Source: Catajapyx aquilonaris
Lineage: Eukaryota
Reading direction: 5' to 3'
NCBI GenBank assembly: GCA_000934665.2
Contig: KZ538452.1
Location: 1-64,000 of the forward strand
Length of the DNA: 64,000 nt
Positions 34,902 through 48,721 of the stretch are shown here, piece after piece. A program made the position numbers and the translations under genes. The notes beneath the pieces were generated by a model. The model worked only from the letters and a program-made list of their open reading frames with translations, searched no databases and was not told the origin of the DNA. Every line of letters starts with the position of its first letter. Within the stretch, counting starts at the first letter, position 1.

Positions 34902-37900
34902 TATTTGAAATGTATGGAATATTGAAAAAACAGCGAATTTGCACAAGACAGTTGAAGTTACTCCGGCCCTCTCAAAAAGAAACAGGCATTATTTCCATCT
35001 CGGAATGCTTTGTGGTTCCTCTGCTCCAATACCAGCATTTTACGTCAGCTTGACTTGTGTCTCCCCAACGGGTTGCAACGTCGTGTTTGGTCGGTAGCTC
35101 AAGAGGAGGCTGAAAAAAATGGCAATATCTACGAGCACGTCGCGAACTGGACACGCTCTTTCCAACCTGGACGAAGCAGTTCGATATAGAATAACCCACC
35201 CCTGCCTGTGCCAGCTGTCAACACCATACATTCGTTGGAGGAGGTAAAAGAATGTTGATGTCCCGCTTGATCCGTCTTCGAAAAATCGAACGAGCCCAAG
35301 CGGACAAAACTTTTTTTTTCGTCCTCTCCCCCAAAAAATTATTTGCCATTTTTTGAGTCAAGGTCGGCCCCACCCATCTTATCTCTCCATTTTTTCCCTC
35401 TCCCACCCTGGCCCATACAGTAGTAGGAATATAAAAAAAGAAGGGGACACCACTCTTGGCTCGTCTCGTCGTCGTGTGTCAAGGCAGAAGGCGCCGCATT
35501 TCTATGCATGGAGGCCTCCGGAGTCGCTGCTAGTGAAATCCTGCCCATGGGGGAAACCATTAGGGAAGCAGAGCGACGAAATTCCTCTTGTATTTCCCTG
35601 CTGAAAAGGATGACACTGCTCGTGTTTCCGTAATCCACGAGACTCCCCGATTCGTGCGAAGAAGGCTACGGCAGAGAGGAATCACCGTGCCTAGAGGATG
35701 AGAGGAAGGGAGGTGGTGGTGGGAAGAAACACATGCTAGACACACTAGCCTGAGAGGTCTAGTTGAGACCACTCTTTAGTACATAAGTTAATTATTGACA
35801 CCATACGAGCAGGTTTGGGCACTGCGGGTTGGCAGGATGACTGTTACTGCAGTACATGTCATACGCAGCAGGTGTGCTTGCTTGTACTGATCTGGGGATT
35901 TTACCTGAGTTTAACGATTGGGATGGTCTGGAACACTGCTTGTTTTTGGGGAGTTTCCTGCAGTTAAAAATGATAGGATGGTGGAGATTGTTAAAATATT
36001 GCACGAAGCTTTTTACAGTATACTATTAGCTAATCAGATCTGATTAACTTGATTTGAATTTGAATATGAAAAGTGTTTTTTTGAGTCCTAAGATCTTATG
36101 CTAGCCGCGAGTGTTTTGTAATTATGTCGACTAACTTGTAGGGCTGCATTGCCATGTTAGCAAAAGCTTATTTAATGAGGTTATCATAAAGTTAAAAAGT
36201 AGTTTCTTTTGAGTCCGAGTGAGGGCTGGAATTGTGATAAGGCGACTGTCACATGTTTTTCTCCTTACTTGCCCAAATTTTTTAGCATTCTGAAACGACA
36301 ATAGCCTACTGAACAGTACGTTCAAGGAAACCTTTGTCGCTTTCATTCCTGCGAACATTATGCAGTCGACCTGTATTTTTAGCTACATGCCTCATACCTC
36401 ACCGTCACCCGTAATGTGGTAGGGCAGATATCTGTAGCGGAGTTCGTACATCGCCTACGTGTTACCAGATTCAAATGCCTTCAGAATCAATGCCTTACTA
36501 AAGAAGTATACTGGAGGAATAAAAACCCTGTAGTTGACTTAACTAAGTACTAATGACTTGGTTCAGAGTGCACCGTTCCAAGTGTTAGTGCGATTGAACT
36601 AATTTCATAATTGGGACTCGATGCAGTTGGCTCTCTCAAGGAATCACCACGTACAGTACAGTGCAACGCTACATTATTAACCTTCTTTACGCCTGGTTCG
36701 TGTATGTGTAGAGGACTAAAATGTCACATAATTAAAACGGCCTTTTTCTTCATTAAGAATTAGCAATATTTCACGTCAACATGAAACTATTGATGAAATT
36801 TAGGGAGCACATTTAGTAATCAAGCCCAGCATCAGGTTACGGTAGTCTATTACCGAAAATTGTATGAAATTATTCCTCTAAACGAGGTGCTCTGGGAGCC
36901 AAAGAGGACACTAATCAAGCAATATAATTTTGCGAAAATGAGATGGGCACAGTGCATGTGAGAATAACACGTGGCCTCTCTGGGACTAGAACACGCAATG
37001 TATTCACTCATTCACTGCATTTACGAATCAAATGACATTATTTCTGATAATGTCAAAGGGTGCCCCGGGGTTAGGGCGAATCTCTTACATTTAGAAGGCG
37101 AATTATTTCTAGAACCGAATAAATGCTAATGAAATTATTGAACTTTTACGTAATCCAATTATGGGACTGAGTAAGAAATAAAAACCGAAGAACACGCAGC
37201 ACATCTGAGTCTGCGCATAGCTTCTTGTCATCTTTAGTTCACCGAACTCACAAGTATAGTACTTTGTATAGATTCGCTTCGAAATCTAGTTGTAAAACGG
37301 GGCCGTGTGCGATTTGTTCCAACCCCCCCACGTTTCATGCATGTGAGGAGCACGTTAAATATGCAATTCCTTGTGAAGATCATTTTCTCCGGATTCCGCC
37401 TGATGGAGATTTGCCCTTAAGCCCTCCATATTGCTTCAAGCCACGTCCCAAAAATATCTGCATTTGAGTCTCTGATTATTTATGCCGCAGATGGAGAGCA
37501 CTGCCGTGAGAGCTAAGCAGAACGAAAAAAAGAGGTTAGGGATAAAATCATGGCCTTTTGCACTAACTTCTGCAATTCAGACGAAAATGTAGGATGAAAA
37601 GGAGGAAAGCGAAAGTAACCATAAGTGTTATGCTCTCACGTCTTCACCGTCCTAAGACCTTTACTTTAGATGCATACTTCCGGATGAAAAATGCCCACTT
37701 TGGAAGCGAAGGGCAGAAACGGACAAGTGGAAGTGAATTTCCCTGCCTTTGACTCAGGCAGTCAACTCCCTTTAGAAATTATTTAGTTTCCCAATACATT
37801 TCGCGGGGCATAACATTAGCAACACGAGTGATCAGCGTAGAGTACAAATAAGGCACATCCTAATTCCAGATCAGAAAATTACTTATGTATTAGGCCCTAC

Positions 37901-40550
37901 TGATCTGTTAATGTGGAGTACACATACAAATGGTAGGTAATATTAAACCGTACTTCTAGATATTACTTGTATTTCAGGAGCAACTGTCAAGTAAGGGCAA
38001 ACATATCCTGGCGCTATGCAACCATCAGCACTTCGGCATTTTTTTAAAAAATAGGTAACTTGCTAACACAAGCTGTGAAATAATAAATCGCCGAAATAAA
38101 TTATGTAGCATCGCCCTTTTTAAAATTTAGCATTTGTCAATGTAAATTACACCTGAAATTTCGAAACAACCGCACATTTATCAGTAATTAATTATTAATC
38201 ATTCATTTATTTCATGGAACGGATAGCCTTAGTACCTATATCTACGAAGCTACCAAAACAAGACATAGAGTTCAGAGGGCCTTGACCCAAAGAGACAATC
38301 CGTGACACTCCCCACTGTGTTAAAGAGAGTCGTCAATTTCTCCCACGTTTTACGACCAATTAAGATTGTCCAGGATCATTCCCCCACCTGACCTGCTCCA
38401 ACCCTCCTTTGCACGGTCCGTCTGATCTGCGTACGTACGGGCTTGTGCAGCTAGGAAACCTAGCGGAAGTCCGATTCAACGTGAAAATGCGGTCAGGGAG
38501 CAGATGAATTGCATTTAAGCCCAGATCGCGTGTTTCCGCTTCCTTTCATCGGAAGGGGTTGTGGCAAGTCCTCCATGGGGAGAAAACAGAGCAGGAAGGG
38601 GAGGAGAAGACAAAGGATGGAAAAATTATTAATGAAAAAAAGAGAAAACTCGGCTTCCCACTAGTGCAGGATCCTAGTGCAGCAGGGAAAAGGGAAAGTT
38701 TACAAGTAGGGGCACGGTGATACCTGATCGAAGCTATTTTTGTAGCCATTTAGAGACTTAAGGGCACTTGAGGCTGGAGTAAAATGGTGGCTGTGGCAGT
38801 GCTGTGGTTTAGAAGCTATCTGTTGGTTGGCGTCATGTGTTCATACTTCACATGGTGGTGGTCCGTCGGCAGGGCGTGTTGATTGTCACGCAATATCTGA
38901 ACACAACTGTTGGCGGGTGTGTTCATCCTACATGTGTATCTGAGCAAAACGTCATGCGCTCTCAACATAAAACAGATATTCATGAAAATGTGATCTTTCA
39001 GCTAAACTTCTCCGTCTAAAATAGACGTAAATCCTGTTCCCCCGCAAAAAGAACGGTAGAAATGTGTAAACGATGGAAAGAACATGAAAATGTTCTACGT
39101 TATATAAATATATGAAATATAGCAATTATTATAACTATGAATATATATTTTATTTTATATTTTATATTTATTTTTTAAAACTATGAATATATAATACAGT
39201 ATATTGATCAACCAGATAGCTTCTTTTACTTTATGCATATTTTCCTCAGTATATTGATACGGTATATTTGGGTATATCATGCGCCTTTACATGGATACCA
39301 TATGTAACATTTTAAAAGAGTTTCACTTGTGACGTTTTGCTCAGAGACGCCACGAATGTAGGACTCACGAATCCATTGCACAGAGGCACTACAGTACATA
39401 GTGCGACGTTGTTTTGAGGGCCATCTCACATTATTCCATCAAGCAAGCCCGACTGACGCAGAACAATCTCTTTTGATGTGGTTTGCAAAAGACATGTGGA
39501 ATGAGTAAGATTACATTGTTACCAGACGGTTTATGACATGCCATATACTCTAGGCGCAGTACATGAAGGAGTGGCTTTCTAAGAAGCCAGGCGCCACAGA
39601 GAGTTAGTTATTATGAGTGTTAAATGAGCAAAATAATTATTTTCTTAGATGCGCAGGCACAATAAAAACTATTAACTTTAATCATTGGCCTAATTTTTGG
39701 CATTATGATTAAAGTACAGTTTTGGATCCCATAATTCAAATTCCGAAAACACCAGGCTTTGGTGCACCCCCGGACCTTGGCTTGCATCTGACAACCGCTA
39801 TTCCTGGAAGATGGCGAGAGACAGGGTGGAAAGAGGAACAAGTTTCAAGCCCCATTTCGACAGCTGAGCACTGTGCGCGAGTCTCCGGATAATGCAATAA
39901 TACTCCCCGAGAATTGTCGTGGCGTGCAACAAGAGCCCCTCTGGTAAGGAAGGGGATTCTCCTGTCTATTCAGGCTTGGACCCACGCTCTTTCTCATCAA
40001 AACGTTTAATTCGTGTCCGACGAGGAATTAATCCTCAGGTACAGATAATCTGTGTCATGGTCCGTCCACTGTAAATCCCCCTTTTCCTATACACGCGGCT
40101 GGGTGCAATTGGTTGGAACAGATATATCTGCACCCAATAGAAAAGGAGATGAGAGTGTTTTTGGAACCATCTTATTTCCAGCCTTGCGCTCGTGATAATT
40201 AATGTACCAAAAGCATTCCGAGTTGGGGCACAATTAGTGCCCTGCATCGGAAGAGTTTACGATTCCATTCGGCCCTGTCGATTCCTGATGCAATGGTTGT
40301 AAAGCCGGGTATTATCCCGCTATTTTCACGTGCTGCTCAGGAAGTTTACGACATCGTGAAAGCCACGCAAGAATTACTCTTCTTTTCGTGCGTCTGATTG
40401 AAATACATAATTTCGGGTTAATACGTGTCTATGATGAGCCACAAATCCATATATGGCGCGGGTCTGGAGCTATTAAGGATGAATTATTGCCCCATACTAT
40501 GGACTGATATATACTGTGGTGTATAGAAAACAAAAGAATGTGTGGCTTAC

Positions 40551-40928
40551 TGTATATGAACAAGCTCTTCTCCTTGTGGTCCTCCTTACGACCCAAAGTT
40601 TGAACCTTGCAAGTGTAGTTTCCGGACAGTTCGTACTCCAGGTTGACTATTTTCAAGGCTCGGTGCTTGTAGTCGGGGTCGGTCGAGAGAGTGTAGTGTT
40701 CGTCGACCTTCTCGGCGAAGCGACCTAACGCTACCGGATTTTGACCCGGGACTTCCCGAGGCGGAATCCACTGGAATATTTGCTCGTCCTTGTTGAAGTA
40801 CCATTTGATGACCACTCCGAGGTCGTCCTTGTCCAGGGTGTAGTCGCAGTCCAGCACCACGGAGGTGGTTTTCTCCAGTTCCACCGGAGATTCGATTTTC
40901 AGTTCGTTGATCCTGACACACACCACAC
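40551..40928 (-). CDS. Beat-related Ig protein, V-type Ig domain 1 exon
   Basis: Acceptor cctttccattacag, donor gtaagc, 378 nt, phase 1-1. VVLDCDY, VVIKWYFN, IFQWIP, KHRALKI and LSGNYTCKV give the conserved Ig Cys-Trp-Cys pattern, in the style of arthropod Beat-related two-Ig proteins. Exact orthologue not determined. Confidence 0.92.
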
Positions 40929-41021
40929 CTGTAATGGAAAGGAACGCACATTTCCGAGACTTCTTTACTATCCCTCCTGCCATGTATGGGGTATGCACTG
41001 TTGAATACCTCAACACCATTT

Positions 41022-41093
41022 CGCCTCTGCTGGGAATCGAACCCAGGTCCATGCCCGTACGGAACATGTGTTCTGCCACTAAACTACAGAGGC
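41022..41093 (-). tRNA. tRNA-like element (pseudo-tRNA or isolated SINE head, probably tRNA-Ala-derived)
   Basis: GCCTCTG-TA-GTTT-AGTGGCA-GAAC-A-CATGTTCCGTACGGGCATG-GAC-CTGGG-TTCGATT-CCCAG-CAGAGGC. Perfect 7-bp acceptor stem, D stem, 5-bp T stem, A and B boxes. The anticodon arm is non-canonical. Confidence 0.6.
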
Positions 41094-44000
41094 TACTGGT
41101 TTGAAGGTATACCTGGGTAAAGGTCAGGGTAGTTACAACGATAATATTAAGTGGGTGTGGTATGAGGAATGATGCCTCTTATCCTGCACGTCCGGAGCGT
41201 GACAAGATAAGTTGGGCGTACCGTGGCGGATAATTATGTGGAAGCGGAACACTAATGAAACCAGTTGCAATGAACTTAGCGAGGAAGATGGACCGAAATG
41301 CGAGGGAGCCCTCTAACCGCGGGTTTCCCAAATCAATCCAGTCCTGTAGACACCTTCGTCATGCAGTGCTGTTGTTGGCACTCCCTCCCGAGAATCACGG
41401 TCGGTCGCTGTCGTTCCCTGACCGCAACATTTGATAAGCGCGGGAGAAAAATGAACGTCACTTGATTGTTTTATCTGGCGGTTTCCTTCGCATTTCGCGC
41501 AGTCATTCATCTCAGAAGACCAATGGAAATGGTCGACAGCTGCTCACCCTGGTTCGAAGAAAAAAGAGGATAGACCGCAATTTTCTTCATCATTACTGGC
41601 CTTTGCTATCGAGGTGCCAGGGCCAACCTTTATTTCACTGCTCCACGAGATTCACGGGGCGTGAAAGTGTATTATTCATGTCCGGTTATTGGGGCACAAC
41701 CGATGGTTCAGGATTCAATATTCATCATATTGATGATAATTAACTTGCCAAGACATGGTTGTGAGGTGAGATGTATTATACATATGATATTAAAAATATA
41801 TAAGACCTGAACCGAGATAGATAGTGCAGAAACAATGACCTCGTTTTTCTGCAAATAAAAATTTCCCTCATACAGAGCTTACTTAGTTGCAATATTTGTC
41901 ATTACGATTGCATCGGCTATGTCATAAACTATACACAGTAGGTATCGTTCTAAGCTACAGGAAGACGCATAGCCACATCAATACAAAAACATTATAAAAA
42001 CATTATTTGCCTGAGAGGCTGTTATAGGCTCCGCAAGTACCCCAGGTTTTATGCAGGTTTTTGATTGAAAGCATTGTGGAAATATATTTAACACATTTTT
42101 TCCAACGCTCCTATAACAACTTTGAGCAGGTCTAATGTTAGTCGCGGAGAACACCAATCTTCTAACTTTTCAGTGTGTCGAATAATGCTGCAACATGCTG
42201 ATTATATCTAGCATAGAATATAGTAATATACCAATATGAAATGTTACGGTAGTATTGAGTACTTCCGTCTATATTGCAGGAAAACAGTCTCAATTACAAA
42301 ATGGGTTTCTACTCCCATCATTTTTACATTTCTGCTACCTATAGATGCCTTCGTGACTTGACGACTACCCTTCAATTGCACCCAAACTCCTGATCGACTT
42401 TCGATCCCCCAAGATATCCGCTCTCCCAGGACTCAATAGAGAAGCATGTAATAGGATTCGAAGTGTCCGGAATTGCACAAACGTGTGCAATCCGGGATGC
42501 TACGCCTTGTTGGCTTTTGCGTGCGTTGGCCTCGAAGGAATGGACACTTGCGTGTGACTGACGGCCCCAGCAGTTTTTTCCAGGGGTCGTCATAAAGCAT
42601 CGAATAAGCTACATATACAGTTTTCCTCCGGCTCTCCGGAGATATCCGCCCACTGCTCCTCCCCATTTTGCGTCTTCACGTATTCCTTCTGAGCGTGCCC
42701 ACATTTCCGTTTGATGTGCACGTACTATAGTATAATCTCATAGTACAACGATTGATCCTCTCCCCCCGAATGGCTCTTCGTGCGTGTATATGAGACAGAG
42801 CATGGGGATGGCAAAAAAAAAGGGGGGGGGGGTTCTTAACACCACTAGTTATTCCTATTTCTGACAGCTGAGTCCTGTTCCGGATCTTAAATGGGAGTGA
42901 ATTATGCAGACGTGAATGTCGATAAGGAAGCTTCCAGAGACCTCTCCTGATACATAATTGAGCAACAAGCAAACCCTAGATTTGAGGCTAGGAACGTGAC
43001 CAGCACGAATGTGGCATTGTCGTGCAGTTCTGAGTCGGAAGTGAGTGAGTGTATATAGTTTAGACGGAGAGCAACAATGGGGAAGTGTTCAGGGAGAGGA
43101 ATAAACCGGATCTCAAATTCGACTTTATGGTGTGTTCAATTGCACACTAGTAAGATGCCGATTGTGTCTATTTTCTAAGGCACCGTTATAGACCGGAATT
43201 GTGATGACAAAAGCCATTTTGGCACCCTGTGACTGAGTGAGGATAAACAGGAATGTGCAATATCCTCATCAATCACTACTGTATAATAATTTATTTTATG
43301 ACTTCCTGTATATTTGCATCACTGCATACAAGCCGGAATCATAATGTAGACATAATATATGTTAAAAATTATTATCGATTGAAAATTATTTTGAAACTGT
43401 ATATAAACATTGTTTTTCACTTCATAAAGAACATTATTATGCTGAGCCCAATCCCATTTCAAACTAAGTGATTTCCATGATTAATTAATGTTGCAGGATT
43501 ACAGGAATGAGAGTAGTGGTTTGAAGTGCTTCTGGGTTGAGTTCCACCTCATCGTGCGATAGGAGTATAGGGCGGCCAGGAATCATGCAGCAGAAATCCC
43601 GGATATAGCATGTCTGTTATTTAGTGACTAACCCACCCATTGATCCCATACTCGACCGTGAACCGATTTATCCTCAGTTATGTTCAATTTTTCCCAAACC
43701 AGATAAGAGGTGCATACCCTAGACGCGTTGAATTTTTCATCGCGTTGTCCATAAAGCAAAACTCAACCTCTGACAGTAATCGTAATGTGGTCAATGGCAC
43801 AGAACTGACCTGAATCCAGGGACATATTCATTTCGAAAATCACGACATTAGCCTCGGAAAAAGCGCAGAGAAAATGCGATTATATATTTTTATTATGATT
43901 TTTGAAGTGGAATGTGGTACGGAGTAGCTACACGAAAGGGTAAGGCACACATTTAGTGCACCATTGAACTGTAGGTCTGGCGCCGATTTCGTCAGCCAGT

Positions 44001-45748
44001 TTACGCAGATTCGAGCTGGACCCCACAAAACGCAGCCCATAAGTGACTGGAATGTCCGGATAATAGGACTGCGAATCTGCTGTTATCCCGGATGAGTGTC
44101 AACTTGCTTTTGGCAAACCCCGAAAAATGGCTCGTTCGTGACTGCGGGCTCTCTCCCACTTTTTTTTTCAACTATTTTGGGCCGGGGGACACAAAATGAC
44201 AGTGGCCGAGGCTGGAATCTAATTTCAAATTATTATACCCTGATGGCTAAACGCTTCCTGCGTCCAAGTAGCCATTTCCATACATATATATGCATTGTAG
44301 TAATGAAAGGATGGTGGAGGAGGGTGGGGGTGGGGACACTGCATTGTATATAATCATCTTGCACGTTATCTGATCCAGTCTGACGTCCACAATAACTCTC
44401 TTATATATACTGCCTATCATTTTCAGAGGAAATGGGTTGGATGACTGGCAATATTCTCCTGCTATATGTGTTTCTTAGGCCAATAGTGAATATTTGATGC
44501 GAAATTCATGAAACNCACCCAGTCGACCGTCAGCACAAAAAGGTATTGTCCGTGATCAGACAGCGTTACTAGGACGACTACACCCTAACCCTACACTCAT
44601 ATGCCGCCACTTTTTTTTGTTCAGTGCCTAGGCAAAGCTAACCTTTGACACGTCTGTCGTTGCGACAACTGGGGCGAGAATAATTTTGCGAATTTGGAGC
44701 GTGCGGAATGTGACGTTATTTTCTTGTTCCACTGTTCTCAAAGGGGTATGCCGTCGGAAACGAGGGAAAAGTGGAAATGAATATCAGTTTCATGCCGAAA
44801 TGGGTTGTCAAAAGAAACAAAAGCATCTGTCTCAAGTTCTCGTTTCTCTGGTAATGAACTAATCGAACTTCACACCAGACTAAATTTGGTAAATTAAGGC
44901 GCGCCGCGAGTTTTCCGAATGTCGCCGAGCGAGGCCCCATTTGGTTTGCAGGGTTGCATACCCCTCGCTGACACACTCGAGTGCCTTGCTAATTTCCCAA
45001 TTGGCTGCCGTGACTCCTGTTTCGCTCTCTCACGGGAGCCTCGATTATTAATCAGTGGGAATAGGGTAGCCTTGTAATCAACAAGTTGTGGATGGGGGGT
45101 GGGCTATAGGGTGGGGTTATTGTTTATGGTGCAGGTGATACCTGGCATTTAAAAAAACGACGGCTTCCAAGCACTTCTGAATATTAATTTGACTTTTTGT
45201 ACTTATTTGCACACGCGAAGTTGCATATACATTCGTATACAGTATGCCGATCTGAGCTGTCGTCTGTGACACCCTGTACGTAAAATATTTCAGCCAATGA
45301 CTGCAGTAATTGTTAGTTCTCGCATGTGGGTACAAATCCGAATATAGCTGCAACTCAGTTCACCTTTAAGAACACGCATACATTGCACTACTCCCTCGGT
45401 ATGGCCACACCCGGATTAGAATTCTGCACAAATGGAACTTGATGAGCTGGAAGATGGGAAGCATGGTCATCTCGAAATTGCATGTTAATGTGATACGTTT
45501 TAATGTACAACCGAGGGAGTATATTTGACAGCGTATATGCAATAACCAGGCAAATTGATAAGTTTTGCATTTAGGCATGTGTGGAGCAAAATGTGGCAGG
45601 CTTATCAACATGAAACTGGGATATTCATAACATTTGATTGCACATAAATCAATCTCTCGGTGAAAAACAACAATACAGTTGCTCAAATTTTTTTTTGAAG
45701 AATTTGAAAGCCGTGCGAACTCCAAAAATGTGAACCATTTTAATTAAT

Positions 45749-45752
45749 TAAT

Positions 45753-45798
<46 letters not shown>

Positions 45799-46167
45799 TA
45801 TATATATTTTTAAATTACACCCTTGAAGCCTTCAGGCTTATGTAGGGGGGAGGTTTTTCGACCATTTTCTATCTCTCCGGTGCCAGGATGGAGGGGGGGA
45901 CAGTGGTGCAAGTGCAATGTCTCATGGCGGAGGCCGTGTGCAGTCCCCCAGAGGGCTAGGTTGAAAGACGACCGTCTAGGTGCGGGTAAGAGACCTCCCA
46001 CAAACGCCGCACCTCCTCCAGTATGGGACAGGGATAGGAAAGGTAGGAAGCGGCTGTGGCCTACGATTAGGAAACAACTCCGGTATTCACCTGGGGGTGA
46101 CCGTGGGAAACCACAGAAAACCACGGTCAGAGTTGCCGGCCTGGGGATTTGATCCCTGGACCTCCCG

Positions 46168-46170
<3 letters not shown>
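45749..46170 (-). mobile_element. 5'-truncated tRNA-derived SINE with (TTA)n tail
   Basis: Starts at ATCGGGAGGTCCAGGGATCAAATCCC (degenerate B box). Body GTGGTTTTCTGTGGTTTCCCACGG...TAGGCCACAGCCGC is shared with the neighbouring SINE. (TAA)n at about 45754-45798 on the + strand. Confidence 0.82.
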
Positions 46171-46237
<67 letters not shown>

Positions 46238-46480
46238 TCATACCCCGTTATCAGCCTGGAACTCTTCGTTTCGTTTTTTACTGCGCTTTTTGGGATAGGA
46301 TAGGAAGGGAAGGAGGCGGCTGTGGCCTATTAGTTTAGGAAACAACTCCGGAATTCTCCTGGAGGAACCGTGGGAAACCACAGAAAACCACAGTTAGAGT
46401 TGCCGGCACCGGGATTCGAACCCAGGACCTCCCGATTAGCAGTCGGATACCATATCCCCTTCCGCCACCACTGCTTCGGT
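46171..46480 (-). mobile_element. tRNA-derived SINE with intact head and (TTA)n tail
   Basis: Head GCAGTGGTGGCGGAAGGGG...CTGGGTTCGAATCCCGG (A box, B box). Same central body as 45749-46170. (TAA)n at 46171-46237. Confidence 0.85.
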
Positions 46481-48689
46481 ATTTTAATTAATAGTAATGA
46501 ATAAATGTAATCTTCATTGGATTTCTGTAATATTTTCTCCAATATCCAATAGCCGCCTTGAAGTAGACCACTCCACACAATTTAAAGCATATTTGTTTCT
46601 ACGTTCGTGACGTTTGGCTCAGATGCTTATCATGTTATGTAACTGTTACGGATTTCAGATAATACTGCGATCCTGAACGACAAAATCGGTGAATCACCAG
46701 GTTACAATTTAGATTTCCATGTAACCGAACTCCGAGTCACAAAAGAATGTTCACCAACCGGTTGCCAGGTTATTCGTGCATTATTATAGCGGTGTGTCTA
46801 TTTGAATCCTTGCACACGAACCGCACATTTCCTGACCCTCGAATCCTTTCGAGATCTCTTTGGCCCAGTATCAACTCCCCTCCTTCCCCGCCCCTCAACC
46901 TTCCCCCTTAAAAAAAAAAAAATCCCAAGGGGATGAGAAAACCGGAAGAAGAAAATGGGTTGCATATAGGCTTTTGGAGCCGTTCCCAGGAGGAACATGA
47001 CCGCGCCCCACATGCTACAATTTTCAAGCCAATGTCACCAATTTTGAGGACGGTAGGTAAAAGGGGGAGGCAGGGAGTGTAAGGGTACGTCAGAAATCGC
47101 CTCGGGATCTGACAGGCATATGTCACATGTGAATGTATGGTTGGTATATAGTATGGCTGTGCTGGAAATAGCCTGCTGGGAGTGACGGCCACTGCAAACT
47201 GCACCGCATATCCAAACATTTCACAAATATAGAACTGATCTTAGCTTCACTCGATTACATTATTTGGGGGCGTACAGTAGAATTGGTTCATGACTTATAG
47301 ATGTGAGTTGGAAGAGTATGATTTTGGATTGTAATGTGAATTGGCTGTCTTATTTGCAGGGAGAATGTTGCTTTTTGCAGGATTTTCGTTGTGGAAGCGA
47401 CCAGTTGGAGTTGGACAATGGCAGTTTTTAATAAAAATGTGTTTTGTTCAATAGCTTAGCCACAATTCACTCGAAAATCTCATAGTTCAGTGCTTTCGAA
47501 GCTACTGTACCGTTGTGAAATCTGGTATAATGCGAAAATTACAGGGCGTACCAAATCATTAATTTGCACTGTATATTACGAAATGTGTAGACGTAATACA
47601 CACATTATCCTCGCAAGATAATATACCGGTACTGTGTTTTGTAGTGGAATTATGCATTTTAAAGGCTTAGTTTCAGAGAAATGCGCTTTAGCAAGAGAAT
47701 TATTACCAACAACTATTCTGTATAATTACGTGTGTGTAAGGTTTAATGTTGATTTTACGCCAACCTTGAACAATGTGAGTCTATATACCCTTTTCATTCG
47801 TATTGGAAAATATGCCTTTCAACATAAATGAAAAGGTAACACCCATATTGCGGGAGATCAACGTGGCATAGACAAAAGCGCTCCATTTATGAGCGCAAGT
47901 TTTGTAACAGTCTGCAGCCTGTATAGATCCAATAGAATACTCTGCGTACATGGAGCGGTTAATAGGCCAATATTAATAATTTGCACTTATTTGCAATTCT
48001 GTGCTTATTACTGGAAAAACCACAATCATGTTCCGCTGCATTTTTTGGCGATATCATACCATAGTCGAAGGACGGCAATAATTTATATGCTGATCACGAC
48101 CAGTAAAATTATCCGGAATTATTGGCAAAGTAACAACAGTGAAAACTAGGATTTTGCATAATTCATTTAGTTCCGTAATTCGATGCTTCAATATAACAAT
48201 ACTGCTGTATTACACCACTTTAAAATTTTTGTAAAATGTCTCTGTTTCACTATTTGAGACAGCTGCATCAACCCTCGCACTCGTTGAGTTTCACACGAGT
48301 TCAGCATAGTAAAAAACTGGTACTCGTGAATTGGACCGTGGCACAAATTTTGCGTAATTGGGCGTTTCATGCTCTAAAAAAATGTATTCAATCAGACGTA
48401 ACCGGCAGCGCTCATTAAATTTGTCTTTAATGACGACGAACTGAAATGCGCCAAAACGTGTTGCTTATGTAATTGAAGCATAAATATTCACTGCATTGTT
48501 ACCTGTTTTGGTACGGCGCTGATTTACGACTTGCAGTTATAATGTCCGCACGTTTACGCAGTTCACTGCATCCATGGAGACTATTTCAACTAGACGTTTG
48601 CAAAATTGCCAACACTTTATCGCCATTCCATGCCATTGCAAAAGTACCCTGCAGTTAGCAACTGTCCGCATACCTCTACAAATGAAAGC

Positions 48690-48721
48690 ATTTATTTATT
48701 TATTTATTTATTTATTTATTT
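48690..48721. repeat. (ATTT)n microsatellite
   Basis: Eight tandem ATTT units. Confidence 0.9.

Noticed and set aside
35903..35960. Exon-like segment between Ig1 and Ig2
   Set aside because: It has an in-frame stop in the required phase, and its open frame is phase-incompatible with the flanking exons.
38920..39365. Short inverted match TCTGAGCAAAACGTCA / TGACGTTTTGCTCAGA around an AT-rich core
   Set aside because: Probably an old MITE, but termini and TSD could not be defined.
40429..41079. Whole 216-aa ORF as a single-exon protein
   Set aside because: Only 40928-40551 is Ig-like and bounded by strong splice sites. The N-terminal part is intron plus the tRNA-like element, and the C-terminal part is intron.
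41548..41593. Candidate first exon MMKKIAVYPLFSSNQ(G) with donor gtgagc
   Set aside because: The phase fits the Ig1 exon, but the peptide is too weakly hydrophobic for a convincing signal peptide. The true first exon may lie further upstream or outside the window.
45810..46303. Poly-Tyr and poly-Asn ORFs
   Set aside because: They are translations of the (TAA)n SINE tail.
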